Assembly: GCA_017546445.1 (NCBI GenBank)
Contig: JAFYWX010000002.1
Span: 23,620 to 87,619, forward strand
Direction of reading: 5' to 3'
DNA length: 64,000 nucleotides
From: Akkermansia sp.
GTDB lineage: Bacteria; Verrucomicrobiota; Verrucomicrobiia; Verrucomicrobiales; Akkermansiaceae
Below, piece by piece: positions 10,267 through 19,712 of this stretch. The translations under genes and the position numbers were made by a program. The notes under the pieces are model-generated. The model was not told where the DNA came from. It was given only the letters and a program-made list of their open reading frames with translations, and did not search any database. Every line of letters starts with the position of its first letter. The stretch's first letter is position 1.

Positions 10267-10680
10267 ATGGACAACAAGGACCTTTCCCTGCTCGGTAAGC
10301 ACACCGAATTCTTCCGCAGCCCGGAGGACGCTAAACTGGAAGCTTTCCCGAACCGCAGCCCCCAGCGCCGCTATGTCGTCACGCTCGACACGCACGAGTT
10401 TTCCTCACTGTGTCCCGTGACCGGTCAGCCGGACAGCTGCCACCTCACCATCACCTACTGCCCGGCAGAAAAGGTGGTGGAGACAAAGAGTCTCAAGTAC
10501 TACCTCGTATCCTTCCGCAACTATGCTGCGTTCAACGAACAGGTGGTGAATCGCATTCTGGATGACCTCGTGGCCGCAGTGGAGCCTGCATGGATGAAGG
10601 TGACTGGCCGCTTCGGTGCCCGCGGTGGTATTCAGCTTACCTGCGAGGCTGAGCACAATCCTGAGAACCGTCCCGCATGA
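10267..10680 (+). CDS. queF: NADPH-dependent 7-cyano-7-deazaguanine (preQ0) reductase, unimodular type
   Basis: EFSSLCPVTGQPD catalytic-Cys motif and the expected ~137 aa length. ATGA overlap with queC. Confidence 0.88.
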   Translation: MDNKDLSLLGKHTEFFRSPEDAKLEAFPNRSPQRRYVVTLDTHEFSSLCPVTGQPDSCHLTITYCPAEKVVETKSLKYYLVSFRNYAAFNEQVVNRILDDLVAAVEPAWMKVTGRFGARGGIQLTCEAEHNPENRPA

Positions 10681-11333
10681 AGGTAGCCGTTCTACTTTCT
10701 GGCGGTCTGGATTCCACGACTGCCCTGCACTGGGCGCTGCGCCACCACGAGGTGGTCTGCGCCCTTTCCTTCGACTACGGCAGCAACCATGCTGCCCGTG
10801 AGCTGGCCTGTGCCCGCTGGCAGGCTGAGCAGGCCGGTATCCCCTACCACGAGATTGACCTGCGCCCCATTTCTGCCCATCTGGAAAGCGCTCTGCTCAA
10901 CGGCGCAGAGGCCATCCCCACCGGGGATTATGCCGAGGAGAATATGAAGCAGACCGTCGTCCCCTTCCGCAACGGCATTTTCCTTGCCATTGCCGCCGGT
11001 ATCGCCGAAAGCAAGGAGGCAGAGGGGCTGGTGATTGCCGCCCATGGTGGCGACCATGCTCTTTACCCCGACTGCCGGGAGGAATTTATGGCAGCCATGT
11101 CCGCGGCCATATCCCACGGCACCTATGCCAACCTGCAGATTCTGCGGCCCTTCATTGCCAACACTAAGTCAGAAATCACAGCCATCGGTGCCGAGCTTGG
11201 CGTAGACTTCTCGCACACCTATTCCTGCTACTGCGGCGGCGAGCTGCACTGCGGCCAGTGCTCCACCTGCCGCGAACGTCGCGATTCCTTCGCCTCCGCC
11301 GGAATTCCGGACCCGACACACTATAGCAATTGA
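10677..11333 (+). CDS. queC: 7-cyano-7-deazaguanine synthase
   Basis: VLLSGGLDSTTAL PP-loop and the C-terminal Zn cluster CYCGGELHCGQCSTCRERR. Confidence 0.92.
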   Translation: MKVAVLLSGGLDSTTALHWALRHHEVVCALSFDYGSNHAARELACARWQAEQAGIPYHEIDLRPISAHLESALLNGAEAIPTGDYAEENMKQTVVPFRNGIFLAIAAGIAESKEAEGLVIAAHGGDHALYPDCREEFMAAMSAAISHGTYANLQILRPFIANTKSEITAIGAELGVDFSHTYSCYCGGELHCGQCSTCRERRDSFASAGIPDPTHYSN

Positions 11334-11338
11334 ACGTT

Positions 11339-12475
11339 ATGGAAGTCTGTATCATTGAGGATGTGTCCATCATATGCAGCATGGGCTGCCAGGAGCAATC
11401 AATACTTCACGCGCTGGAGCAAGGAGTATACGGCCCCATGGAAATGAGAGAAGTCGGCGGCAGGCTCGTTCCTGTTGGCGCCGTGGGGGTATCCCTGCCG
11501 GAGATATCGGAAAAATGCTGGAATACACGAACAAATGCACTCATCCTGCATTGCCTGCTGCGTCTAAGCGCTGCCTGGCGTAATGTGCCGTCTGAGAGAC
11601 TGGGAATTGTGCTGGGGTCAAGCAATTCCGGCATAGAGGAATACCACAGCGAATGGAAGCAGGGTAACCGCACAGATGAATCGCTGTCTCTGCTTGAGGT
11701 TGGCAATGTTGCTCGTTTTGTTGCAGATTTCACAGGAGCAAAAGGCCCGGCGTTCACACTAAGCACAGCTTGTTCCTCCTCTGCAAAGGCGCTCGCCAGT
11801 GCAGCCCGCCTGCTGGAGGCCGGGGTATGTGATGCGGTCATTGCAGGCGGTGGCGATGCACTTTGCAACTATGCATTGCATGGTTTCGATGCGCTGCAGC
11901 TTATTTCCGATGAGCGCTGTCGCCCCTTTACCCTGCAAGGTGGCGGTGTTAATCACGGAGAAGGCGCGGCTCTATTCCTTCTCACCAGAAGGGAAGCTCA
12001 TTCAGGAGATATTATTCTGGCAGGCTATGGAGAAACGGCAGATGCCTACCATACAACCACCCCGGAACCCGGCGGGGCTCAGGCGGTCCGGGCCATGCGT
12101 ATGGCTATGGACATGGCTGGAATACAGCCGCAGGATATTGACTACGTGAACCTGCACGGAACCGGGACAGATGCCAACGACAGCATGGAACTCGATGCCA
12201 TGCGCGCTTGCTTTGGCACCAGCCAGCCGCCCTGCGGCAGCACCAAGCCCTACACCGGACACACCCTGGGCGCAGCTGGCGCCATAGAAGCTGCCTTCTG
12301 CACAGCGCTCCTGAAACATGGCGGAGAAAAGCTCCCCTCGCAACCTTGGCTTGAGACTCTTCCGGACGGCGTAAACATGGCAGATTATGCCCGCCGCCCC
12401 CTGCAACATTGTATCAGCAACTCTTTCGCTTTCGGCGGCAACAACATCGCACTTCTGCTCTCCCGTCATGCTTGA
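11339..12475 (+). CDS. beta-ketoacyl-ACP synthase (cluster-specific KS)
   Basis: Active-site STACSSS, HGTGTDAND and GHTLGAAGAIEA blocks. The track start at 11330 is TTG, and the first ATG is at 11339. Confidence 0.85.
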   Translation: MEVCIIEDVSIICSMGCQEQSILHALEQGVYGPMEMREVGGRLVPVGAVGVSLPEISEKCWNTRTNALILHCLLRLSAAWRNVPSERLGIVLGSSNSGIEEYHSEWKQGNRTDESLSLLEVGNVARFVADFTGAKGPAFTLSTACSSSAKALASAARLLEAGVCDAVIAGGGDALCNYALHGFDALQLISDERCRPFTLQGGGVNHGEGAALFLLTRREAHSGDIILAGYGETADAYHTTTPEPGGAQAVRAMRMAMDMAGIQPQDIDYVNLHGTGTDANDSMELDAMRACFGTSQPPCGSTKPYTGHTLGAAGAIEAAFCTALLKHGGEKLPSQPWLETLPDGVNMADYARRPLQHCISNSFAFGGNNIALLLSRHA

Positions 12476-12899
12476 TGTCGATATTACAGCACTGTTGCCA
12501 CATCGGCCACCCATGCTTCTTGTTCAGGGAATTCTGGACATCGATATGGAGGCGGAATACATTCTTGCGGCAGCCCGATGCAGCACCAAGGATTTGTTAT
12601 ACGATGCAGAGCTTGGCGGTGTAGCACCGGCCGCAGCCATTGAGATACAGGCTCAGGCTATCGGTTTGTTCAGTGGATATTCTGATATGATGCAGGGAAA
12701 GGGGCCGGCAAACATGGGCAAGTTGCTTTCCGTCAAACAATACAAAGTCTATACTACAGCGCTCCCCGTGGATATCCCTTTGCAGGTAGAAGCCAGGAGT
12801 GTGCTCAATGCGCCTCCTGTAGGTGTATTTGTGTGCAACATCCGCGCCGGGGAACAGTTGCTGTCTGAAGCAGAAATAACAGTTTATAGAGAAGATTAA
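12468..12899 (+). CDS. hotdog-fold 3-hydroxyacyl-ACP dehydratase-like protein
   Basis: LLPHRPPMLLV N-terminal motif, as in FabZ/ApeP-type dehydratases. An 8-nt overlap (ATGCTTGA) with the KS stop suggests translational coupling. Confidence 0.65.
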   Translation: MLDVDITALLPHRPPMLLVQGILDIDMEAEYILAAARCSTKDLLYDAELGGVAPAAAIEIQAQAIGLFSGYSDMMQGKGPANMGKLLSVKQYKVYTTALPVDIPLQVEARSVLNAPPVGVFVCNIRAGEQLLSEAEITVYRED

Positions 12900-12904
12900 G
12901 CGCC

Positions 12905-13324
12905 ATGAAAGTAACGGTGTATCACCAGGTCTCTTTTTTTGAAATGGATCCCATGAACGTGGTCTGGCACGGCAACTATATCAATCTGTTTGAGAAGGCT
13001 CGTGCAGAACTGGTTCTGAAACTCGGTCTTACATATCCCAGAATGGCAGAATTGGGCCACACATGGCCCGTTGTCAAATTGCGCTGCAAATACTTGAAAC
13101 CGGCCACTCTCAACCAGAAGCTTGCCATCACCGCCGAACTGAAGGATTATGTGAATTCGCTTACGATGACGTTCACTATACGCGATGCAGAAACGCAGGA
13201 GCTTCTGACAAAGGGGGAGACAATGCAGATGGCCGTTGATATCAAGACAGGTAAGACAGATATTGTCAACCCACCCTATTTCATTGAACTTGTGAACAAG
13301 GCGTTGGCCGCCGAAATCAATTAG
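12905..13324 (+). CDS. acyl-CoA/ACP thioesterase, YbgC / 4-hydroxybenzoyl-CoA thioesterase family
   Basis: 139-aa hotdog protein with VSFFEMDPMNVVWHGNY (catalytic Asp context). Confidence 0.72.
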   Translation: MKVTVYHQVSFFEMDPMNVVWHGNYINLFEKARAELVLKLGLTYPRMAELGHTWPVVKLRCKYLKPATLNQKLAITAELKDYVNSLTMTFTIRDAETQELLTKGETMQMAVDIKTGKTDIVNPPYFIELVNKALAAEIN

Positions 13325-13329
13325 CGCAT

Positions 13330-14073
13330 ATGCCCCAGCCATTTGCTCTCTGTATCGTTATTCCCTGTTACAACCACGGCAAGGAGCTTTCTGCCTATCT
13401 TCCGCAGGTCGCTGCTTATGGTATTCCTATCATTGTGGTGGATGATGGCAGCGCTGATGCAGAGGCGGCACTTATCAGAGCAACCGTGGAAGCCGCAGGG
13501 GCAAAGCTGCTCCGTCTTTCTGAGAACAAGGGGAAATGGGGCGCTATGACTGCAGGCCTGCAGGAAGCGGCTGCGAGTGGATACACACATGTACTTCAAT
13601 GTGATGCCGATGGCCAACACGACCCGCTGGCCATTCCGCAATTTGAGGAGCAAGCTCGTAAATCACCTGCTCATCTTATCCTCGGGCAGCCGAAGTATGG
13701 TGAAGATGCGCCGGCCGCCCGTATGAAGGGGCGGCAGATAACCAACTTCTTTGTCTGGTTGGAAACCGCCGGCGCTTGCAAGGTGGATGCTATGTGTGGT
13801 TTTCGCCTGTACCCCTTGGAACGTACCCTGCAAATTCTGAATCGCAGGGTTGTTGAGCCGGGAATGGGGGGAGATATTGAGTTGCTGGTGCGGTGTTACT
13901 GGGCAGGAATTCCCGTTACCACTCAGGAGATACGCGTGTGCTATCCGGAAGGAGGCCGCTCCAATTTCCGGATGCTTCGCGATAATCTTATCATTTCCTG
14001 GACTCACACAAAGCTTTGCACGGCCGCACTGCTGCACCCGTGGCGGCTGGTGAGAGCACATAGGCCACGGTAA
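13330..14073 (+). CDS. family 2 glycosyltransferase
   Basis: CIVIPCYNHGKEL, VVDDGSAD and CDADGQHD (DxD) motifs. Confidence 0.82.
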   Translation: MPQPFALCIVIPCYNHGKELSAYLPQVAAYGIPIIVVDDGSADAEAALIRATVEAAGAKLLRLSENKGKWGAMTAGLQEAAASGYTHVLQCDADGQHDPLAIPQFEEQARKSPAHLILGQPKYGEDAPAARMKGRQITNFFVWLETAGACKVDAMCGFRLYPLERTLQILNRRVVEPGMGGDIELLVRCYWAGIPVTTQEIRVCYPEGGRSNFRMLRDNLIISWTHTKLCTAALLHPWRLVRAHRPR

Positions 14074-16213
14074 GCCCCAGACTGACCGCTATGCCCATAT
14101 CCTGAGTAACAGAGAAATTGGTAAAGGCAAGCACGCCAAAGACGCTCCAGGAGGTGAGGAAGGAAATCAGCACCGCGAGAGCCGTGATAGAACTGCCGAG
14201 TTCATGCGTAGCCCTGAAAATGGCATAGTCACACCCCAGACCAAGCACCAGATAACACGCAAGCACATGGAAAAGGGTGAGTGGCACACCAAATAATGCC
14301 AGACCGCCGAAAACACACAGCACGCCGGCAAATACCGGTCCGCATGTACGCAGGGCACTCCTCACCCCGAAACTAATAGAGAGGACAGTGAGCACAAGGG
14401 CCAATACAACGCCCATGAGCACCATGAGCTGCACGCGCCACTGCCGCACCTGATTCTGAAGCTCTGCAAAACGATCAGCCTGCTCCAACCACGGATGCTG
14501 AGGCAACGATTCAAGCTGCGACTCATATTTCCCCGGCACCAGAACCAATCCACACCCTTCGCCCCATAATGAGCCAAGTGATACAAAGGGCGAATCTGCC
14601 CGCAGCAGATGCTCTGGCAGCAAGGGGCCGGGCCAGGTATCCGGCATCTCCACCGGCACATCCTCTGCATATGCCGCAACAAGATTTTTCACCAGTTCAA
14701 AGTTTTCCTTCTGTCGAGCAGCGGATGGCACAATAGCAGATGCTGAGGTATAGAAAGGCACCCCAGCCTCCCTCAGCTCGGCTCCCAATTTTTCCTGTCG
14801 CTGCAGAATCTCCTCAGTATCAGCCCCTCGTACGACAAGTGTGACCACACCTTGCTCCATTCCGTTGAGCTGGGCTAATTCCTTCTCAGCCTGCAGCAAG
14901 GCTGGCTCAGGCCGGTAAAAGCTCCGGAGATCATCACACACAGGAAGTTGGAATACTGCAACAATAAACGCACCCGAAGCCACGCACCAGGGAAGCCACG
15001 CAGGCATGCGCCACCGGGCTGCCACTTCCCCCAGTTTCAAGGAACCAGGAACAAGCTTGATGGGAATGGACCTCCTGTATATCAACGGGTAGAATGCAAA
15101 TATGAACAACATGGAAGCCGCCAGGCCTGCGATGGAAACAGTTGCAATCTGCCCCAGCAAATCAACCTGAGCAACATAGAATGTTGCATATCCTATGGTG
15201 CTGGTAAGCAGGCCCAGCAACAACGAGCGACGCAGGGCTGGTGAAATCTCCGCATCGCGCTCTCCATGGTGCCCTACCAGATAATGCACAACATAATCTG
15301 TTGATATGCCAACAAGTGAACATCCGAAAACCAATGACAGGATGTGGACACTCCCATGAATCAGCACCGCAGCACCAAGCGCCACCACCCCCGCGGCCCC
15401 CAGGGTCATGCTCATGATGAGCATTCCACGCACGGAGCTGAATACCCACAGGAACAAGGCCACCACAATCACAAGGGAAAGTATACTCAGAATGCCCATG
15501 GCCTGCTGGCTGGAGCTGCTGGCACGCCAGGTATGGACAGGTGTGCCACACAGCATTACTCCTTCTTCCTGGCAAACGGCAGCTATGGCCGCCATGTGAG
15601 TCTGAAGCACCTCAAGCGAATCCGCGGCGGTCTCGGGCAGCAGGAGTGGCAGGTAGGCATAATGCACATCCCCCCGGCGGGTCAGCAGAACACCATCCCG
15701 CGGCTCAAACCCATTCTGCCGCACCAGGGGATTTTCTAACAGAAAACTAGTAGCAAATCCGTACGGGTCTTCATCCACCGGATAAAGAGATAAAGGTACA
15801 AAGCTGTATAAATTGGCCAGGGCCTCATCGCACAGGGACTGGCTATCTCCCTGCTGCAATGCAGAACGGTGCCGCGGAGAAAGCAGCTGGAATCTGTATG
15901 GACGGAGAAACTCACAGACTCGTCCCAGGCTGGATTGGTCTGTAATCGGGCGAACGCCCTCCGGAAGCGATGCAGAAAGCTTCCGGGCCTGCTCCAGCAC
16001 CTCCTGTTCCGAAGCGCCCTTTATCAGCACATTAACCTGCCTGCTGCTGGTCCTGGCCATGCGCTCCAGCAATTGCGTGGCCCCACTATCACCACCAGTC
16101 GGCAGCAAATCATACAAACTGGTATGAACATGTACCCCGCGCAGCAAGAGCACCGCCACTGCTGCGAGGAAGATAATGCAGGCAAATGCCCGCTTGAGCA
16201 TGTCTCCGTTCAT
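13991..16213 (-). CDS. MMPL/RND-superfamily exporter (aryl-polyene cluster type)
   Basis: 740 aa with two blocks of ~5-6 hydrophobic helices separated by soluble loops. Sits next to a LolA-like gene. Its 3' end overlaps the GT2 gene convergently. Confidence 0.7.
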   Translation of the reverse strand: MNGDMLKRAFACIIFLAAVAVLLLRGVHVHTSLYDLLPTGGDSGATQLLERMARTSSRQVNVLIKGASEQEVLEQARKLSASLPEGVRPITDQSSLGRVCEFLRPYRFQLLSPRHRSALQQGDSQSLCDEALANLYSFVPLSLYPVDEDPYGFATSFLLENPLVRQNGFEPRDGVLLTRRGDVHYAYLPLLLPETAADSLEVLQTHMAAIAAVCQEEGVMLCGTPVHTWRASSSSQQAMGILSILSLVIVVALFLWVFSSVRGMLIMSMTLGAAGVVALGAAVLIHGSVHILSLVFGCSLVGISTDYVVHYLVGHHGERDAEISPALRRSLLLGLLTSTIGYATFYVAQVDLLGQIATVSIAGLAASMLFIFAFYPLIYRRSIPIKLVPGSLKLGEVAARWRMPAWLPWCVASGAFIVAVFQLPVCDDLRSFYRPEPALLQAEKELAQLNGMEQGVVTLVVRGADTEEILQRQEKLGAELREAGVPFYTSASAIVPSAARQKENFELVKNLVAAYAEDVPVEMPDTWPGPLLPEHLLRADSPFVSLGSLWGEGCGLVLVPGKYESQLESLPQHPWLEQADRFAELQNQVRQWRVQLMVLMGVVLALVLTVLSISFGVRSALRTCGPVFAGVLCVFGGLALFGVPLTLFHVLACYLVLGLGCDYAIFRATHELGSSITALAVLISFLTSWSVFGVLAFTNFSVTQDMGIAVSLGLTVAYVLSPAATGAAVRPCKALCESRK

Positions 16214-16218
16214 ATGGA

Positions 16219-16845
16219 CTAGAGCTCAAAAGGGGACTCGGGCACCTTTTCTCCATTGCGCACATTGGTGAATGTTACCTTAGTCACCCCTTGGCGGCCG
16301 GATTCGTAGTACACGTTATTCAATTCACCTTTACGAATCACCAGCAACATCCAGCGCAAATCATTCGACTCGTGGCGAGCCTTAAGCCCAAGCACCAGTA
16401 CATGCTTCTGCACATCGGCACGGCAGGTGATATCAAAAATACGCTCCATCTGCTTCAGGAAAGCCGGGTCCATCTGTTGTGTAAAGGCCCCGGTAATCCG
16501 CCCGGAGGGTACTCCTTGCAAATCTGTACGGCGAAGCTCCCGCCCCTTGGCATCGTACACAGTTAAAGCGGCAGGGGTAATGAGCATGGCATTGCGTACG
16601 GGATGCGAGGTGCGCCACATCATCCCCTGCCCCAGCCGGTATTCAAAACTACCACGGCTTTTCAGAATACGCCCGGACGGCATCGTCCGCTCCATGGTGA
16701 AAGCAGCAGTTGTATGGGGAGCCTGTTTAATCCACATTTGCAAAGCAGGATAGTCGGTCACCTTATTCACGGGGAACTCCGGCATTGCACCAGAAGCTAT
16801 CGCGCTGTGACACAGCAGAGCCAGAGTGATGATGATACGTTTCAT
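16219..16845 (-). CDS. LolA-like outer-membrane lipoprotein carrier family protein
   Basis: Signal peptide, ~200 aa beta-rich sequence, and a position between the exporter and acyltransferase as in APE clusters. The assignment is mostly contextual. Confidence 0.5.
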   Translation of the reverse strand: MKRIIITLALLCHSAIASGAMPEFPVNKVTDYPALQMWIKQAPHTTAAFTMERTMPSGRILKSRGSFEYRLGQGMMWRTSHPVRNAMLITPAALTVYDAKGRELRRTDLQGVPSGRITGAFTQQMDPAFLKQMERIFDITCRADVQKHVLVLGLKARHESNDLRWMLLVIRKGELNNVYYESGRQGVTKVTFTNVRNGEKVPESPFEL

Positions 16846-17738
16846 TTCCAGAAATTATAGAAGTTAAACCAGTTTGCAGGGTACAGGCAGCACAGCTGCT
16901 GCAGCATTCCTGAAAAGAGCATAGCCAGGGGTTCTGCCTTCAACTCTCCATCAGGAGAAAGACATTCTACATGCAAATCATACATCCCCCCATTCTCGGC
17001 AAGGCAGAATGAATACACTGGGCACCCCAGAGAAGCAGCCCAGCGGAAACAGCCGCGGGGGAATTTGGCCACACGCCCCAGAAACGGCGCTGAATAGTTT
17101 GCCCGGGCTTCCTCTCGCCACGTTCTGTCCCCTGCCATCACCACCATAGCGCCATTCTCGACCTTTTCTGCCATTTCCATAGATAATGCAGGGCCCAGAT
17201 CCTGCACGGCATGCACATAGGTTTCCAGCTTGCTGCCGCCAAATTTCAGCTGATGCTTAGCAAATGCCTGCGTTGCCGTGGTATCCATGAAGACATGTAT
17301 TTCCCCGGGCATGTCACTTCTGGTGCAATCAAACAGAACCCGGAGCATATCAAAGCAGCCCAGGTGGGACGTGACGCAAAATACGCCCTGCCCCTTCCTG
17401 TACAGATTTGTCAATTCCTCATATGCAGCCGGAGTACACACCCGCACCCGCTCCATATTAAAAATGCCGGCACGGCATGCCAGACGATCAGCCAGGGTAT
17501 ACGCAAACGTGCGCAGATGCACAAACCCGCTGAATGGGCGTTTGCCGGTGAACTGGCTCCACTGACGGCGAAACAAAGCCGATGCGTAGCGGGCCCTGCG
17601 CAAAAAGGGATATGCAAAAGCGATGACGACTGCAACCAGCACACGACATGCACGCTGCCCACAATGAAGATAGACCCAGAGCAGTAGATTAATGCCCAGC
17701 CCGCTCACGTGGGTCTCTCTGTTCACGCGAGCACACAT
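16842..17738 (-). CDS. lysophospholipid / lipid A-type (LpxL-like) acyltransferase
   Basis: N-terminal membrane anchor and a ~300 aa LPLAT-like body. 4-nt overlap with the downstream LolA-like gene. Confidence 0.6.
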   Translation of the reverse strand: MCARVNRETHVSGLGINLLLWVYLHCGQRACRVLVAVVIAFAYPFLRRARYASALFRRQWSQFTGKRPFSGFVHLRTFAYTLADRLACRAGIFNMERVRVCTPAAYEELTNLYRKGQGVFCVTSHLGCFDMLRVLFDCTRSDMPGEIHVFMDTTATQAFAKHQLKFGGSKLETYVHAVQDLGPALSMEMAEKVENGAMVVMAGDRTWREEARANYSAPFLGRVAKFPRGCFRWAASLGCPVYSFCLAENGGMYDLHVECLSPDGELKAEPLAMLFSGMLQQLCCLYPANWFNFYNFWK

Positions 17739-18793
17739 TGCATAAGCGAATACTGATACTTACCAAGGGAATGCCAGGACTGGCGAACCTGGAGCCCGGC
17801 CTCGCGTACGCATTCCTCCATCTCTGCAGCGGTGTAGAACTTGCTGTTACCGTTAGCCATGCAGGTGAAATACAGCGAGCCCTGAGCAAGAGAATAGGCG
17901 GCGGCATCAAATGTCTGGCAGTCAATGAAAGGCTCAGAAATAAAGATGCTACCACCCGGCTGGAGCACATCAGCAGCCTTGCGCAGAATATGAACTATCT
18001 GCTCATGGGAGAAACAATCCAGGAACTGAGACATCCATACGACACTTGCCCCCGTAGGCCAGGGAACATCGCTCAGCACGTTTGCAGCCGCATATCGGCA
18101 ACGGTCTCCGGCCCATGCCATATTGGCGCGAGCCATCTCCAGCTGGCCAGGCAGGTCTACAATGGTCACATTGGCGTCTTCTACCGCGCGCAGCAGACAC
18201 CCGGCAAACTTTCCTGTGTTTCCACCCACATCAAACACATTCTCGAGCGATGCATTTGCGCGCATTAACTCAATGGCCTGGGCAAAGAAGGCATCAGAAT
18301 AGAGATGGTCAAAAGTAAACCAGCTTGTACGGGCAGGCTCAGGCAGGCGCGAAAGGCCTTCATAGATGGTGGGCCAATCACCAAATACCTTGAGACCGGA
18401 GGGTTTACTCTCCTCCAGAGCCTCCCAGAGCTTATCTGCTCCCAGGTAGCAGACATCTGCCACAAAATCGAAGTTTGCCCGGGTCATTTCATCGCTGAGC
18501 AGGCAATACCCCACGTCGCTGAGAGTCAGTGTACCATCTTCTGCTTCCGTAAGCACACCGGCTGTCACGCCGGATTCGGTAAGCACATCAGCCATATAAC
18601 GGCCATAACGCACAACAAGGTCTTTTCTCGTTGCGGGTTGATTCTGCTCCAGATACTCTAACATTCCACACTTGAGCATAGCGCGCACAGCCTGAAATGC
18701 AAGCGGGCCAAATGCAATTTGTTGCGCTGCTGCAAGAGCACGCACCATACGGGGAGGTGTATTTCGTTTGCGCCTACGGGGTTCAGATTTCAT
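17723..18793 (-). CDS. SAM-dependent (O-)methyltransferase
   Basis: Motif I VFDVGGNTGKFA, an acidic loop VTIVDLP, and an N-terminal dimerisation/wHTH-like region. The track start at 18811 is TTG, and the first ATG is at 18793. Confidence 0.8.
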   Translation of the reverse strand: MKSEPRRRKRNTPPRMVRALAAAQQIAFGPLAFQAVRAMLKCGMLEYLEQNQPATRKDLVVRYGRYMADVLTESGVTAGVLTEAEDGTLTLSDVGYCLLSDEMTRANFDFVADVCYLGADKLWEALEESKPSGLKVFGDWPTIYEGLSRLPEPARTSWFTFDHLYSDAFFAQAIELMRANASLENVFDVGGNTGKFAGCLLRAVEDANVTIVDLPGQLEMARANMAWAGDRCRYAAANVLSDVPWPTGASVVWMSQFLDCFSHEQIVHILRKAADVLQPGGSIFISEPFIDCQTFDAAAYSLAQGSLYFTCMANGNSKFYTAAEMEECVREAGLQVRQSWHSLGKYQYSLMQCVLA

Positions 18794-18878
18794 GGCAAAA
18801 ATTAGAGACAAGATATGTAGCAGAATTTGCTTTCTTTGTCAACTCGTAATTAATGACTCGCACACATTCAATTTTACA

Positions 18879-18907
18879 TTGACACAAGCAAAGGTTAAGT
18901 GTTATAA
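18879..18907 (+). promoter_or_regulatory. sigma70-like promoter for the KR-KS-KS'-acyltransferase operon
   Basis: TTGACA, a 17-nt spacer, then TTATAA, about 65 nt upstream of the ATG at 18972, in an AT-rich divergent intergenic region. Confidence 0.45.
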
Positions 18908-18971
18908 CATGCGCGCTCTGCTCTAACAATTTATCAATCATCACCAAATCACTCACACTTTTTTCTTGCGC

Positions 18972-19712
18972 ATGCCTCATTCATCCTCCCATAAATGGTG
19001 CCTGATTACGGGCTCAAGTCGCGGCATTGGTGCAGCCATTGCCCGGAAACTGGCAGCCGAAGGCTATGCCATTATTCTTCACGCGCGCAACAATCGCCAG
19101 GCTTGCGATAACCTGGCTGCAGAGCTGACAGACGCCGGCACACCCTGCCGTGTTCTCATGTTCGATATTGCGGATAGAGAGGCAACCACGCAGGCTCTGA
19201 AGGCAGATATTGAGGAACACGGGGCGTATTACGGCATCGTTTGCAATGCGGGAATCACCCGTGACACTCCCTTCCCGGCAATGGAAGGAGAGCAATGGGA
19301 TGCCGTGCTCCGCACCGATCTGGATTCTTTCTATAATATCCTCTCGCCTTGCGTCATGCCCATGATTCAAAACAGAAAGGGTGGCAGAATCATCACCATC
19401 TCATCAGTCTCTGGTGTGGCTGGGAATCGCGGCCAGGTGAACTACAGCGCAGCCAAGGCGGGCATCATCGGCGCCACAAAGGCACTGGCCCTGGAGCTTG
19501 CAAAGCGGAAAATCACCGTGAATTGCATTGCTCCCGGCATCATTGAAACGGACATGATTGAGGGGCTTCCGCTCGATGAGATGCAGAAAATGGTTCCCCT
19601 GCGCAGACTTGGCAAACCTGAGGATATTGCAGCAACCGTGGCATTCCTCATGTCGGACGGCGCATCCTACATTACACGCCAGGTGATTAACGTGAACGGA
19701 GGTCTTGTATGA
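18972..19712 (+). CDS. 3-oxoacyl-ACP reductase (SDR, FabG-like)
   Basis: TGSSRGIGAAIA cofactor motif and YSAAKAG catalytic YxxxK. ATGA overlap with the following KS. Confidence 0.9.
   Translation: MPHSSSHKWCLITGSSRGIGAAIARKLAAEGYAIILHARNNRQACDNLAAELTDAGTPCRVLMFDIADREATTQALKADIEEHGAYYGIVCNAGITRDTPFPAMEGEQWDAVLRTDLDSFYNILSPCVMPMIQNRKGGRIITISSVSGVAGNRGQVNYSAAKAGIIGATKALALELAKRKITVNCIAPGIIETDMIEGLPLDEMQKMVPLRRLGKPEDIAATVAFLMSDGASYITRQVINVNGGLV

Noticed and set aside
8845-10395. 516-aa ORF antisense to cysS. The same applies to other long antisense ORFs: 1540-2691, 25482-26672, 32444-33832, 33967-35619, 42946-44001, 49979-51148 and 51527-53995.
   Set aside because: Each lies opposite a gene with unambiguous family motifs. 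Their translations are Arg/Gly/His/Ala/Val-rich with no recognisable motifs. Long stop-free shadow frames of this kind are typical of G+C-rich coding DNA.
11330-11338. Possible operon fusion of the queC stop with the ketosynthase start (TTG at 11330 overlapping the queC stop).
   Set aside because: The first ATG is 9 nt downstream at 11339. There is no functional reason to link queuosine and polyketide-like genes, so the adjacency is treated as coincidental operon packing.
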